Source: Octopus sinensis
Taxonomy: Eukaryota
Direction: 5' to 3'
Assembly (NCBI RefSeq): GCF_006345805.1
Contig: NC_042997.1
Coordinates: 91,326,001-91,390,000 of the forward strand
Length of the DNA: 64,000 nt
Shown here in pieces: positions 38,822 through 51,002 of the stretch (position 1 is the stretch's first letter; every line of letters starts with the position of its first letter). The translations under genes and the position numbers were made by a program. Below the pieces are notes generated by a model. The model did not search any database. It was given only the letters and a program-made list of their open reading frames with translations, and was not told the origin of the DNA.

Positions 38822-39420
38822 GGTGGTGGTGTCCTTTGAAATAGTCACCTTGCTCAGCAAGGCACCAATCCCAGCATTCCTGCCACTTTTGGAATCCGGC
38901 CTGGAAATTGTTTTCTGTGAGTTGAGGATCTTCTGTAATTTGCTCTTGATTTTGACAAAAGTGTTAAAACAGTGACCTTTGAGCTGCATTTTTATCATGG
39001 AGAAGAGATGCAAGTCTACAGGTGCTAAATCTATATGGTGAATAGAGCAGGTGCAAAAGTGATAACATGTTGTTTTTGGTGAGGAGAAGTTGTTGACAGG
39101 GTGCACTGTCATCATGAAAAGTCCAATTATTCATGCTCCACAGATTCAGTCGCTTTTGCTGAATGTCCTCTCTCAAATGCTTCAAAATGTCGCAGTAGAA
39201 CTCTCAATTGATGGTCTGTACCTAGGGAACAAATTTTCCATGCACAATACCATATTTCTGGGGGTGATACATGTAGCAGGTCTTCCAGATCGCTCATTGT
39301 CTTCCAGGGATGTTCTTCTGCTTTCGAAGTGTATGACTCATTGCCTTGTTGCTGTAAGCTTGTTAAAGCATGCTCAATGTCTCTGTAGCAGACTTCCCAA
39401 GTTTACTGCAAAATTTCAGC
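38822..39420 (-). pseudogene. mariner transposase, internally deleted
   Basis: MKHLREDIQQKRLNLWSMNNWTFHDDSA and DLAPVDLHLFSMIKMQLKG; the N-terminal part matches 30590-30750. Confidence 0.8.
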
Positions 39421-39748
39421 ACATCCTTCACCAAGTTGAATGCCCTCCATCTTGCTCTTACCCTTTGAAAGATTTCATTCTCCATCTCTCACTTCATAGT
39501 CACTTCTTGACCGAGATACACATAGCTGCTCATCTCTTCTATTTCATCACCACCATCTGTTAAGTGACCAATCGGTACACCCTCAGACTGTATGTACTTG
39601 GTTTTCAGACAGTTGATCTTCAGGCTGAACAACTCTGAACCCTTGAATTCCAATTCATCCAGCATGGTCTGCAGCTGATTGGTGCTCTGCGCTATCAGCA
39701 CTATGTCATCAGCAAATCTTCGATGAGTGAGCAGCTCTCTGGAAACAG
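39420..39748 (-). pseudogene. RT fragment of a second RTE family (no PHD insert)
   Basis: LTHRRFADDIVLIAQSTNQLQTMLDEL...LKINCLKTKYI..IEEMSSYVYLGQ. Confidence 0.8.
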
Positions 39749-39793
<45 letters not shown>

Positions 39794-40085
39794 TACATAC
39801 ATACATACACATACACATTTACTTCATGTTCACACATATTCACAAATATGTACATTCCTTTCTTTCATTCAAGTTTATAAAAACCTACTCACATACTCAT
39901 ACATATGCTTCATCCATACACATTCCATTGGCAGGTTTTACATAAAGGAATCAAAAATTTCAGAGCTACAAATGCCTTGACCTAAACAACAATTACTATT
40001 TTGAAGTATTTGTACAAAACTATAAAAAAAAACATAAAAATAAATTAGGTTACTCTAGCTGGTGTAGGTGTAGGGCATGTACTGG

Positions 40086-40157
40086 TTTATAGGGTTGCCC
40101 TGGGTTTCTTGCCATAAAGGTACCCTCTATGGCGAAAACCCAGGGCAACCCTATAAA
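40086..40157. repeat. 72-nt near-perfect palindrome
   Basis: TTTATAGGGTTGCCCTGGGTTTCTTGCCATA..GGTACC..TATGGCGAAAACCCAGGGCAACCCTATAAA. Confidence 0.85.
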
Positions 40158-40191
40158 AAAGCTTTCACCAGTAATATATTTATATATATAC

Positions 40192-40393
40192 ATGAGGGGG
40201 CAGTGAAAACTTCCTTGCTTTGGGTAAAAGAAAATACAGGAGGATCAGTTATTATTGATTTTATTCAACATATTCTGCTCTCAGATCCACACACTTACTG
40301 CAGCAGTCGTTCAGTTGTTCTAAGCCCTGTAAAAGAATTTGGAAGGTTAGGTCTCAAGTCAAGCCTTTCATGATACCCTTAAAACCAGGAACT
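40192..40393. mobile_element. mariner-derived MITE
   Basis: Reverse homology to 27898-28098. Confidence 0.65.
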
Positions 40394-41801
40394 ATATATA
40401 TAACACACACATGAGCGCATTCGCAAACACATACACACACTCACACATTTACTTCACCATCACACTAGTTAACAAATATGCATGCTCCTTTCTTACATTC
40501 AGGTTTGCAAATTCTACTCACTCATACATATGCTTTCAGCTCATACACATTCCATTGGTGGTTCAGCATAAAGGAAACAAAAAATTGAGAGCTACAAATG
40601 CCTTGTCCAAAATAACAATTATTATTCTGAAAGTATTTGTATGAAATTTATAACTAAAGGATAATAATAAATTAGGTTATTCTAGCTGATGTTTTACACG
40701 CTGGTGATGCATTTAAGTGTTGAAAATGTCTGAAGTACTAGGTCATCAGATCAAGCTGTTCGTTAAATGTTATAGTTTGGCCTTGAGTAAGTAATGAAGT
40801 GTTGGAACCGAATTGAATTAATGAAGAAGAGTTTTGTTTTATTTTTCTGCTGGTTGCTACTAACTTAATATGGGTAATTTTTGTTGTTGTCATTGATGAT
40901 GATGACATGATGTAGCAGTCCCTATTTCTGTTGTTGAAGATGTTGCTCTTGTTTATGAGAGATAAAATTGCTACAGTTGTTGTAGATGTTATTGTTGTTG
41001 TTTAGCCTGTCTGCTCTGATCAAAATTGTTCTGGCTGTGACTAACTGCATTTTTTTGTACATCTAGGTAAATATTTTTGATTGCACTTTAGATGGTTGAA
41101 TGAGATTTTTTTTTTAAGATTGTAGAGTAAGATTTGGTTTCTATTTCTAGTTGCTTGAGTGATCATCCATTGGCTTACTGCCATTTTTGCTTTTGTATTT
41201 GTTGTTGCTATTATTGATGACAATATTATTGTTGCTCTAATTCTTGTTAATGTTAATAAGGATATTATTGTTGCTAAGCCAAAAGTCAGCTCTGACGAAG
41301 CAGATCTATGATTAAAGGCAATCCAACCATGACCACCACTCATTTTCTATGTCTATGATCATATTTTCCAGTGTTTCTACCTATTTGCATGGTTTGGTGT
41401 GATTTCAGGAGATTTGGCTTCTATTTCTTGCATGTTTGGAAAACCTTGTAGAAACTTACTTGTTCACTCAAGTTAATGTTGATGTTTGCAAATGTTACTG
41501 TTGTTGTTAACGATCATGGTTTTACTGTCATTGAGTATGATTTATTTATTTCAACTGACCTAATCAACAACAGGACACAGCACACAGTTCTTGGTTGTTA
41601 ATAATTTCTTCCAATAGATCACTGATTAACTTTGTAATGGAGTATCATGTTGGGGGTCACCAATTGTAACGGATAATATATCTTTACTTTGGGAAGCCAA
41701 GTGTAATGTAGTTAGATGCTGGAGTCACCAATTGTAACGGAGTGGTTACCAAAATGTAACAGGTGTGATGTTGAAGAAGAGAAAGAAGAACAGTGGTTGA
41801 A

Positions 41802-42039
41802 AGTGGGGAGGTCGCAGAAATATTAGGACGCTGGGCGAAATGCTTAGTGGCATTTTGTCTGCCGTTACATTCTGAGTTCAAATTCTGCCATGGTCGACTT
41901 TGCCTTTCATCCTTTCAGGGTCGATAAATTAAGTACCAGTTGTGCACTGGGGTCGATGTAATCGACTTAATCCCTTTGTCTGTCCTTGTTTGTCCCATTT
42001 ATGTTTAGCACCTTGTGGGCAATAAAGAAATAAAGAAAT
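41802..42039 (+). mobile_element. Full-length Nin-domain-like tRNA SINE with TSD
   Basis: B-box GAGTTCAAATTC, GGTCGACTTTGCCTTTCATCCTTTCAGGGTCGATAAATTAAGTACCAG, (AAGAAATA)n tail, and a 19-bp TSD AAGAAGAACAGTRGTTGAA (41783-41801 / 42040-42058). Confidence 0.85.
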
Positions 42040-42197
42040 AAGAAGAACAGTAGTTGAAGTTGATGTTGACTCCAAATTTTATTTACTGTTACTTAATATG
42101 TATAGCCACACCATGATGGGCAGGCATGTATAAAATCAGTTGTAAAGCATGCAAGGTAAAGAGAGTTATATTTTCAAGTATTAATGGATAGTGTAAT

Positions 42198-42410
42198 ACT
42201 TACATGTCTTGGGTCATTTAAGCAGCAGATGGAGAGAGACAGTGATGTTGTAGAAGAGGAAGATGGGCTAGTAAGACAGTGAGAGAGTGGTGGGATGAGG
42301 CGCTCTGTGATGTCTCTTCAGTTGAGACAGCGTTTCATTCAGCTGGTCAGTCTCCTCTCTGGCTTACTTCTCACAAACTGATTTTATCCTGTAAACTGCT
42401 AGTATTTATA
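42198..42410 (-). promoter_or_regulatory. Candidate TATA+Inr promoter with a 176-nt first exon
   Basis: Minus strand: TATAAATA (42410-42403), TCAGTT with +1 A at 42379 (31 nt spacing), and a perfect donor GTAAGT at 42203-42198. Confidence 0.55.
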
Positions 42411-43009
42411 AGTATGCAGACCAGCTAGAAAAAGAGGTATACCACTCTAACAAGAGCTAAATTAAAGCAGGTCACTCCTTATCTATTTCAACTTTTCATG
42501 GCACAGAAAAGGTTAAGAGTCAAGTGGAAAACACATAAGTCTGTGTTCTTCCTTGACAGAAAAGTAGGCTGTATGGCTAGGGAGAATTTCTAGATTCAAT
42601 TTTGAATCTCAGGTAGGGCCAAACGAGGTGTCTACAGCTTCATCTGCAATAGAACCATGGAAGACTCCAAGGTTAAGGTTAGGGTTAGGCAGAAGATGGA
42701 CACTGAAGAAACTTCTAAACTGCCATAAATAAAGTCTAATTCTGCAGAAACACTAAGTTATCATCTGATTATAAATATGCCACACTGCCACTAATCACTT
42801 CCAGTTATTTCTCTTAGTTAATTTTTGTTTAAATTAGGCAAATTACCTTGGCCATAGCAATTTTCTACTCTATTTTGTATAAGTCTAAGTCATTTGGCAA
42901 ATGGAGTTAAGGTCAGATAGTCGTTCTGCTAATGAGGGCCATTGAACCAGAAGTACATGTCTACAATTGTCCTCTTATCCCAATGCAATAAACGTCTCCT
43001 TTTCCTTAA

Positions 43010-43370
43010 CACCTTACCCGGCAAAGACGAGTTAACTTGTCTTCACCCAATTTGTCTTTTTTAGAGTGTGACATGTCTGAAGCATATAATTTCAAAAGCA
43101 GCCATTTTTCGTTTTTTATCTTGGCATTTTTCGTTTTTTATCTGTTTTTTTTTTTTTATAATTTTTTTTAAAAATACAAATTATGCCCAAATGTCGAGCT
43201 CAGAAGATGACAATGAGTATGAACCTTCTATTAAATGCTTGGATACATCAGCTGAGAGTGCAAGCTTGTCTGATAAAAAAAGTTTGTCTGAAAATGAAAT
43301 GTTTTCTCAAAAAAAAGTCGGGGAAGGGGTTAATGGCAAGTCAAGTTTGGAGAATTTTTGAACCTTGAGA
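43010..43370 (+). mobile_element. piggyBac-like 5' fragment
   Basis: TTAA|CACCTTACCCGGCAAAGACGAGTTAACTTGTC terminus and an acidic N-terminal peptide MSSSEDDNEYEPS. Confidence 0.45.
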
Positions 43371-44059
43371 TTATCTTCCCTTCTCAAGTGATGCTAGTCA
43401 TAATTGTTATTTGGTAATTATATCTTGCTTCCTTTTGAAGCAGAGATAATTTTAATAAATCAAGAATTTTTTTTTTTTTGTAAAGTATTTAACATACTAG
43501 TATTCATCAATGTTGATTGAACCATATCTGATTACTTTCTTTCTAAGTATCTCATTCCATTTCTCACCATTTATTCCTGGTGTCTCAGGAATAGAACACT
43601 TAATCTCAGCATCTGACATGACTTCATATTTATCGGGGATCAAAATGCTAAATTGTTACACTCATGTATTTTAAAACTTATTAACACTCAAGAGAAGTGA
43701 AATAGTTTTGGGTAGATAGCTAGATATGAAAAAAAGCTTATAGTTCCAGTAGTTTATCTTTCATTCTTTGGTACTCATTCTCTAAATTTGATTTCTGTTG
43801 ACTAACTCAGGGTTGAAATATTACTGACACCTATACTGAAAATATAGAATGTAATGCAAACTCCAGCAAAATTTGATCTTCAACGTAAGACATTATATAA
43901 CATTTTAAAACATGTAAGTCTATGTTCTACTCTATTGACTATTCCAACCATCTTTCCCACTGTTAATGATTTCAAGGTCACACATTAAAGGAAGTGGAAT
44001 ATTTTGAAGTTTTTGCATTTTCCAAATGTATTTAGTGACATATGTGAAATAATATTATC

Positions 44060-44400
44060 GTCATCATCATCATTGTTTAACATCTGCCTTCCATGCTGGC
44101 ATGAGTGAGATGGTTTGACAGGAGCCGATCAGGCAGAAGCCTGCACCAGACCACTGTGACTGTTTTGACAGGATTTTTACAGCTGGATACCCTTCCCAGC
44201 ACCAACCATCCAGCAGAGTGACACAAGCACAGGCGAGGGTAGTTTTGGCAAGGTTTTTACAGCTGGATACCCTTCCAAATGTTAACCACTTTACAGTGTG
44301 GACTGGATGCTTTTTAAGTGGCACCTGCACTGACAGGGTCACCAAATAACTTGCAAGACAAAGATCTTTTGAGAGAGGAGGAGGAATTGTGTCAGATGAT
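44060..44400 (-). mobile_element. RTE LINE 3' tail with an internal duplication
   Basis: (CAT)n, TTCCATGCTGGCATG, and two copies of TTTTACAGCTGGATACCCTTCC. Confidence 0.75.
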
Positions 44401-45544
44401 AAAAGGTTGGTTATAGTGAAACAGACAGAAACAGGTGTCTTGCTGCAGAGTAGGTACAAGGTTACCTGGCCAGGGTGTGGGAGGGGAGAGAGAGAGAGAA
44501 AATGAGGATGGAAATAGGTGTGCTGTTGCAAAGGAGGAGAGAGAGTGTGGGAGACAGCAGGATGGAGATGGTGGCAAAGTGTTGGGGATACTCACAACGG
44601 ATGGAGATCAGAATATAAGAAATGGGATGGTCAAGTAAAGGCAGAGAGAGATATAGATGATGGCAAGTGCCAGAGCATAATCTTGAAATTCGAAGGTCAT
44701 AATATAAGTGGCAGGATATTGCCAAAGAAGCGTGATTAGTGAGTGGGGAGGAAAAGTGAGTGGTGAAAACCTGGGTATATAGAGTGGGTGGGGTGGGCTA
44801 CCAGATAGCAGTAATACAGAAAAACAGGGCTGTGAGGACAGGATTAGGGAGTGAGAGGTAGACATAGTGCATGAAGGAAAAAATGTGAGGAAGAGAAGTG
44901 ATATAGAGATTGGTTTGTTGAGGTAGGGTGCGTGAAAAGTTTTCTTGTTATGTGTGGGTGGAACACACAGGTTGGGGGTGGGGTCTATTGGATAGCAATG
45001 ATAGAGATAGGGCTGTGAGGACAGGATTTGGGAGTGAGAGGTAGGCATAGTGCATGAAGGAGGAAATGTGAGGAAGAGATGTAGAGATGTAGTTTGGTTT
45101 GCTGTGTGAGAAGTTTTCTTGTTATGTTAAGAAACAAAACTAGTTATTTAACTCCACTTTTTGGGGCTTAAAACTCATTCTATGGTTCATAGCACATTCA
45201 ACAATGAAAACTCTATTTTATTACTTGAACTCATATAATTAACTTTAATGAAGGCCCTACATGTCAGTCATACTCTGTTACAAAGGTAATTGTTTTGACA
45301 GCCTACCATATCACTAATAGTGTTCTGTAATTAAGCTGATATCATAGTTTTCAGACAGATTTGTCAATAGCTTGGGTAATTTCATCAACCCAAAAATTGT
45401 TGAAAATGACAATTTTCCACATTATTGACATATTTTCTAAGACTTATAGGTCAAAGATGGAGAATTTTACTGTGACTATTTTGTTTAGGGTCCTCATTAA
45501 ATTTGCTTACTTACTTAAAGCAGTCCATCTTAACAGATGACAAT

Positions 45545-46090
45545 GTCATCTTTGATCCTTAGGGGTTGTCTTGATGGCGTTGGCAGGCCCTCGTGTAGCT
45601 GAAAAAGCTGATTCTGGAGTCACATGGCCAATTACACTGAGAGTAGTGAAGAGGGCTCCAATGAAGATGAGCTCATCTAGGATTTTGCTGACATTCCTTG
45701 AGCTGTCTCCGCTTTTCTTCGTGAAGTATAGTCCACTCATCCTCAAAATACTGCGTACCAGTTTTGACTATACTCTTCCAGGTAGTACGGTCTATGGTCA
45801 GTGTTTCAAGTTCACCAGGGGGGATGTTGCAGAGTTTCAAAGATTTATTAAGATGATCTTTATATCGCTTCTTTGGACCCCCATGTGGTCGGTTAACCTC
45901 TGCTAACTCCTCAAAAAGGACAATCTTGGGTATATGGTTTTCCAACATCCTGATAACATGCCCCACTCAGCACAGTTGACGTTCGAGGATAATGCATTTG
46001 ATGCTGGTCAATTTTGCTCATCTCAGGATCTCCGTATGTGGGATCTTGTCCTTCCAGGTCAAATGAAGAATGTGCTGGAGACAGCAGATA
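45545..46090 (-). pseudogene. BovB-like RTE LINE C-terminal fragment
   Basis: GHVIRMLENHIPKIVLFEELAEVNRPHGGPKKRYKDHLNKSLK...DRTTWKSIV. Confidence 0.85.
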
Positions 46091-46488
46091 TGATTTAAAG
46101 GAGATTTAGCAGCTATTTCTAGAAACTCAAGCAAGCACTTGGGATCTTCCCTCTTTTGCTCATGTTGAGGCTAATAATTATAGTGGTGGTGATTTTGATG
46201 GTGATAAATCCTGTTATTACTGTAATTTCTGCACATTTATTTGAACCTCCTCTAGCAGTAATAGTGTCACCAAGGTAGGATTTTTAATATTTTCACTAGA
46301 ACCAACTACTTCCAACAAGCAGTCAGTGGTCTTTGTTTTATCACTACTCTCAAAACTAGCTACTCTTAGTTATCAAGCTATCTCACCAGATGATTATATA
46401 GCAATTTACATATCAACTCTGCCCTGTTTTTTTTCTTGATTATTTTTTTAGATTGTGTTCTGTGAATAACATTATTACACATCACTGC

Positions 46489-46533
<45 letters not shown>

Positions 46534-46914
46534 GTACGTATGTGTGTGTATTTCCATATTTCATTTCCACAAGAACACCAACCTTAAAGACACAAATGCT
46601 TTTCCAGAAAACTCTTGTTGAATTGCAACAAAACTACCAAGGGACATAACTTTTAACTTAATCCCTTGCTCAATTCATTTCATCATCTTTTTCACAGCGA
46701 CTGCAAACTGAATGTGTCTATTCAACTCCAACAGCAGTCACCATATTTCATTCCATAATGGCTACCTCTGAAGAGCACAGGGTTACATAATTGGACTGTT
46801 ACCTAACACTCTGTTAAACCCCTAGTGTGAAACTGATTGTGAAACTGATTGGTAACTGATTGCCCGTAATGGATATATATAACACTACACTTTGATTAAT
46901 ATATATATGTCACA

Positions 46915-47450
46915 TCACATATGATAAAGTGGAAAATAGTCAAAAAATCCACACCATATGTTAACAGATCAAAAAAATGTAAGTTATGTGTAGCTGAAAG
47001 AACTCAGATCCTTTGCAGATCTAAGAACTCTAACACACAGCTGAAATCAAGATCTGAAATTTTCAGTAGATATAAGCATATGGCTAAGTTCCTGTTGACA
47101 AATTGGAAAGTGCTACCCTCACCAGATTGTACCACAGACTGTACCACAGACTCTAGGCTACTATTTTTTCAGCTTTATATTTTATGGTCTAAGAGGAAAT
47201 AACTTTAATCCCTCAACTTCTTTCTGTTTTCTTTTTTTGTTATCTGGTTTTTCAACCTTCCACTTTTTATATCTACTTCTTTCTTGCTTTTTCTCACAGC
47301 CTATTGTCCCATTTTTAGTTTGTTATACCATGTTGGCCATATCTGAAAATTGTGCTAAGATACCAGACATGTTAAAAAATACTGTGTAGCATGCTCTGAA
47401 CACATGAAAGTAGTAGTAGCACATAAAAACATACTGTGTCTATTAAATAT
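46915..47450 (+). mobile_element. Penelope-like element 3' fragment (GIY-YIG endonuclease C-terminus plus trailer)
   Basis: IKWKIVKKSTPYVNRSKKCKLCVAERTQIL...LKSRSEIFSRYKHMAKFLLTNWK resembles the W-x-I...PY...CxLC..EK...LN.RSE...CRH..K..L C-terminus of PLE endonucleases. Confidence 0.75.
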
Positions 47451-47733
47451 ATATATACATTTATATAGAAATATGATACAGGGATCTGAGTGTAGGAGGT
47501 TCATAAGCTTGAAGCTGTGAGTGGCAGTATAGAGAACAAAAAGTGGACAATATATAAGAAACAATAATATTTTATTGGCATCAAAAGTTAAACACTTTTT
47601 CCCAAATCAAAGTTTGAGGAAATTTGATAAGCTGATAGTTCCTATATAGCTCACCATTAGCATCTAGAGCTGCTACAAATATGAATAAAAGTCCAAATTG
47701 AGGGAGACATACACATATATTAAATAAGCATAC

Positions 47734-47764
<31 letters not shown>

Positions 47765-49213
47765 TCATGTGTGTGTGCATGCACACAAACATATGTGAGT
47801 GTATTTAGTATATCTTGTGTGTACAGTTAGATGTATTACTGCCACTGTTGAGTTTAGAGCCCCACATAAATTATCATCATCTAGTCTACTTCCAATATAG
47901 TGGTGTGTGTGTGATTATTACTATATTTAGTAGTATCACTAATTATAATATGCAGAACAAGTGTAGGAGAAATTATGATTAGACAAGTTCATACCATGTA
48001 TTCCTCATGTATCCTGCACTGTTGTGGCTATTTGCAAACTCTCCATTGGATATTGACTTTTTTTTATACATGCTAGGCCACTGGTAGTGAAATTTCTAAA
48101 AAATTCACTACCCTATATATTTTATGTATATGATTTTAGCATTTTAGAAGATTAGTTCAGTATTTTATCATTTGCTGCCAACTGAAACTGTGCTTGTGCA
48201 GTGAATTTGAAAAATTATAATATATAATGATGAGACATGTGTTATTTGTCTCTAAATTATATGTAAATGTTATGGCGCGGTCATTGATGAGAATTTCGCC
48301 TAGTAAATTATTTTATTTGCTAAATAAAATTTGAAACCTCGGTATGACCATAATAAAATAACAAGGTAAAAGTTTTTATTTTTTATTCTCTTTGAAAATT
48401 GCTCTTAAATGTGGTTTTGGTTGTTTTGACTGCTTCTAGTGTGTAAAACTGCCTGTTAAAGGTAGTTTCTCTTGTGTTTAAATGTACACTATTTTATATA
48501 GTGTGTGTATGTGTGTGTGTATGTATAAGAAAAAGAAGATGGAGAAATTGACATGCAGACATCAATTTACTGAAACAAATCCAATTTCGAACAATATCAA
48601 ATTCATAAATCCTACAATCGTTTCCGTGCCCAATTAATTCAAATTAGAAAAATTAAATTAGAGATTCATAGTGAATATAGTTAATTGAACATTTTGTCAA
48701 GGTCAGCACTTGATAGAAAAAGGAATTACATCCCAATGTGTTGATATATCATTTGTAAACTCGGCATTAAATCCAGATATGTGTGTTTATGCATTCTAAT
48801 ATATTTAAAAAAAAACATTAATTGCGTATATGCAATTTTGTTTTAGTATATTTGTGTGCATGCGTGTGTTAATATGTAGAAAAACAAAGGAGCCATTAGG
48901 TTACCTAAACAATATTTTTGATACAGTTAATTGTAATTAAAATCATTTATTCCTAATTTTCATTATTACTTGTGAGAGTACAAAATGTCAGCAAAGTTTT
49001 TAATTATTTAAGGATTACATTGTAAGTCACCTAGTTAAAACTGACGAACCTGGATGCTGACATCCCTTTAAGAGGTATTCATATCCTTGAAACAATTAAT
49101 ACATACATACATACATACACATACATACATACATACATACATACTACATACATACATACATATATATAGATATATATATATATTATATATATAGTATATA
49201 TATATAGTATATA

Positions 49214-49244
<31 letters not shown>

Positions 49245-49259
49245 TTATTATATAGAAGG

Positions 49260-49308
49260 AGCTTCTACAGGACTAGTACTGTTTCATTCAAGAGATCTTC
49301 AGGAAGCT
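49260..49308 (-). ncRNA. Type I hammerhead ribozyme motif (probably in a Penelope-like pseudo-LTR)
   Basis: Minus strand: AGCUUC-CUGAAGA-ucucuugaau-GAA-ACAG-uacuaguc-CUGU-A-GAAGCU. Perfect 6-bp stem I, 4-bp stem III, GUA cleavage triplet; stem II is poorly paired. Confidence 0.65.
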
Positions 49309-49454
49309 ATTTAACAAGAATTGTATTAGCATTTATACATTTAGGCAGGTTTAAAGAGTGGTGGTGGGGGACTTTTTGGGGGTAGGCATAGCGCAAAATA
49401 TCATACTTGGGGGAGTGGTCAAGGAGTCAGTGGTAAGTTAGATGAAAGAATAGA

Positions 49455-49622
49455 TAAATAAAAAAATAATAAAATAAAAAATAAAAAATAAAAAATAAAA
49501 AATAAAAAATAAAAAAAATAAAAAAAATAAAAAAAATAAAAAAATATAAAAAAAATAAATAAAATAAATAAAAAAAATATAAAAAAAATAAAAAAATAAA
49601 AAAAATAATAAAAAAAATAAAA
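49455..49622. repeat. (A5-8T)n low-complexity tract
   Basis: Read directly. Confidence 0.95.
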
Positions 49623-49702
49623 TGTGCACATACATACATAAACACATATACATACACACGCACATAGTACACATGTGTGCCTATACATACCTACACATAC
49701 AC

Positions 49703-49752
<50 letters not shown>

Positions 49753-50066
49753 ATCAAATACAGCCATTCCCTAATTTTAATTTTATTATCTTCATTTATT
49801 ACTTTTGTTATCTTTGATCGCTAGGGCTAAGGATCCTGGCGATAGCAGCATGTCCAATGTCTGTCTACTAGAGGCAAGTACTCGTTCCCGCACGCACACT
49901 CATTAGCACGTACATACACCCATTCGTACACTCATACACATACACGTACGCACGCTATATTCATACATACAAAATCTACTACGTTCACGTATATACACAT
50001 ACGTACTCGTACCTACAGATACATGTCTACACTTTAGGAGGCTAGTCTATATATATACACCAATAA

Positions 50067-50112
<46 letters not shown>

Positions 50113-50196
50113 CACATATACACCTACACACACACACACACATATATATACTCCTACATAGATACATACCCATATATATATACAATACACACATTT

Positions 50197-50274
<78 letters not shown>

Positions 50275-50282
50275 ATAAATTA

Positions 50283-50676
50283 CTAGCAGTATCGCCCGGC
50301 ATTGCTCGGGTTGTAAGGGAAATAACTATATAAGCATTTTTAGAGAGTATAGCCAAAAAATAGCAAAAAAATGCATTAAAAATTGAAAAAAAATTAAGGT
50401 AAATTTTTTTTTTTAATCATTGACACATCGTAGATATTTTTAGAGAGTTACTTCCCTTATATAAAAGCGAAAAAATGCATTAAAAGGGAAAAATATGATG
50501 GTAAATTTTTTTTAAATCGTAGACTCATCGTAGACGCACGCTAATACCCAGAAGGGCTCGATATGAATCACGACTATAAGATACCCGCTTTTGGTTAAAC
50601 TGCACCGCAAAATGTGGGAGTAGTTACGAATCTAAACCGTTGGAGACAGACATACAACTTCACTCTTATATAAAGA
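50283..50676 (-). mobile_element. Complete non-autonomous Helitron (394 bp)
   Basis: Minus strand A|TCTTTATATAAGAG ... CCCGAGCAATGCCGGG-CGATACTG-CTAG|T, with an internal ~115-bp tandem duplication. Confidence 0.85.
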
Positions 50677-51002
50677 TGCTTTTTTTTTTCAGTCATAGAG
50701 TTAGATTTATGAAGGTCTTCAGTAGAAAATCCTTCGAATTCTGACTCGCTGCTTGATATAATGAAATTCGTATCCATTTTTTGTCAGAATTACAAATTTT
50801 GAAAACACAATAGGAACAAATTTCGAAAAAAAATCTCCCATAATTCACGGAATTAAAATTACACTTCGATTTTTGTACAAAACTGTATTTGAAGTGTTTA
50901 CGAAGTATAATACGTGTTTTCACGAATGTACTAAAGAGATTTACTCTGATATTCTCATTTAAATATGAATAGGTAAATTCGGGCGGTTTGGTAACGAAAG
51001 GG
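50677..51002 (-). mobile_element. piggyBac-like end fragment
   Basis: Minus strand TTAA|CCCTTTCGTTACCAAACCGCCCG; acidic peptide SSSESEFEGFSTEDL; CpG retained. Confidence 0.5.

Larger units (their letters stand above)
39795..40690. repeat. Diverged direct duplication of about 260 bp (39795-40062 vs 40420-40690)
   Basis: Shared CACATTTACTTCA...CACATTCCATTGG...GAGCTACAAATGCCTTG...AAATTAGGTTA.TCTAGCTG. Confidence 0.8.

Noticed and set aside
41292-41330. CTGACGA hammerhead-like heptamers (also 49041)
   Set aside because: No downstream stem II/GAAA or stem I pairing.
42671-42689. GGTTAAGGTTAGGGTTAGG interstitial telomere-like motif
   Set aside because: Only about 3 imperfect units; not informative.
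47351-47423. Possible hammerhead downstream of the Penelope-like ORF (TGTGC...GAAAGTAGTAGTA-GCACA)
   Set aside because: The CUGANGA core is absent and stem III is mismatched; too degenerate to call.
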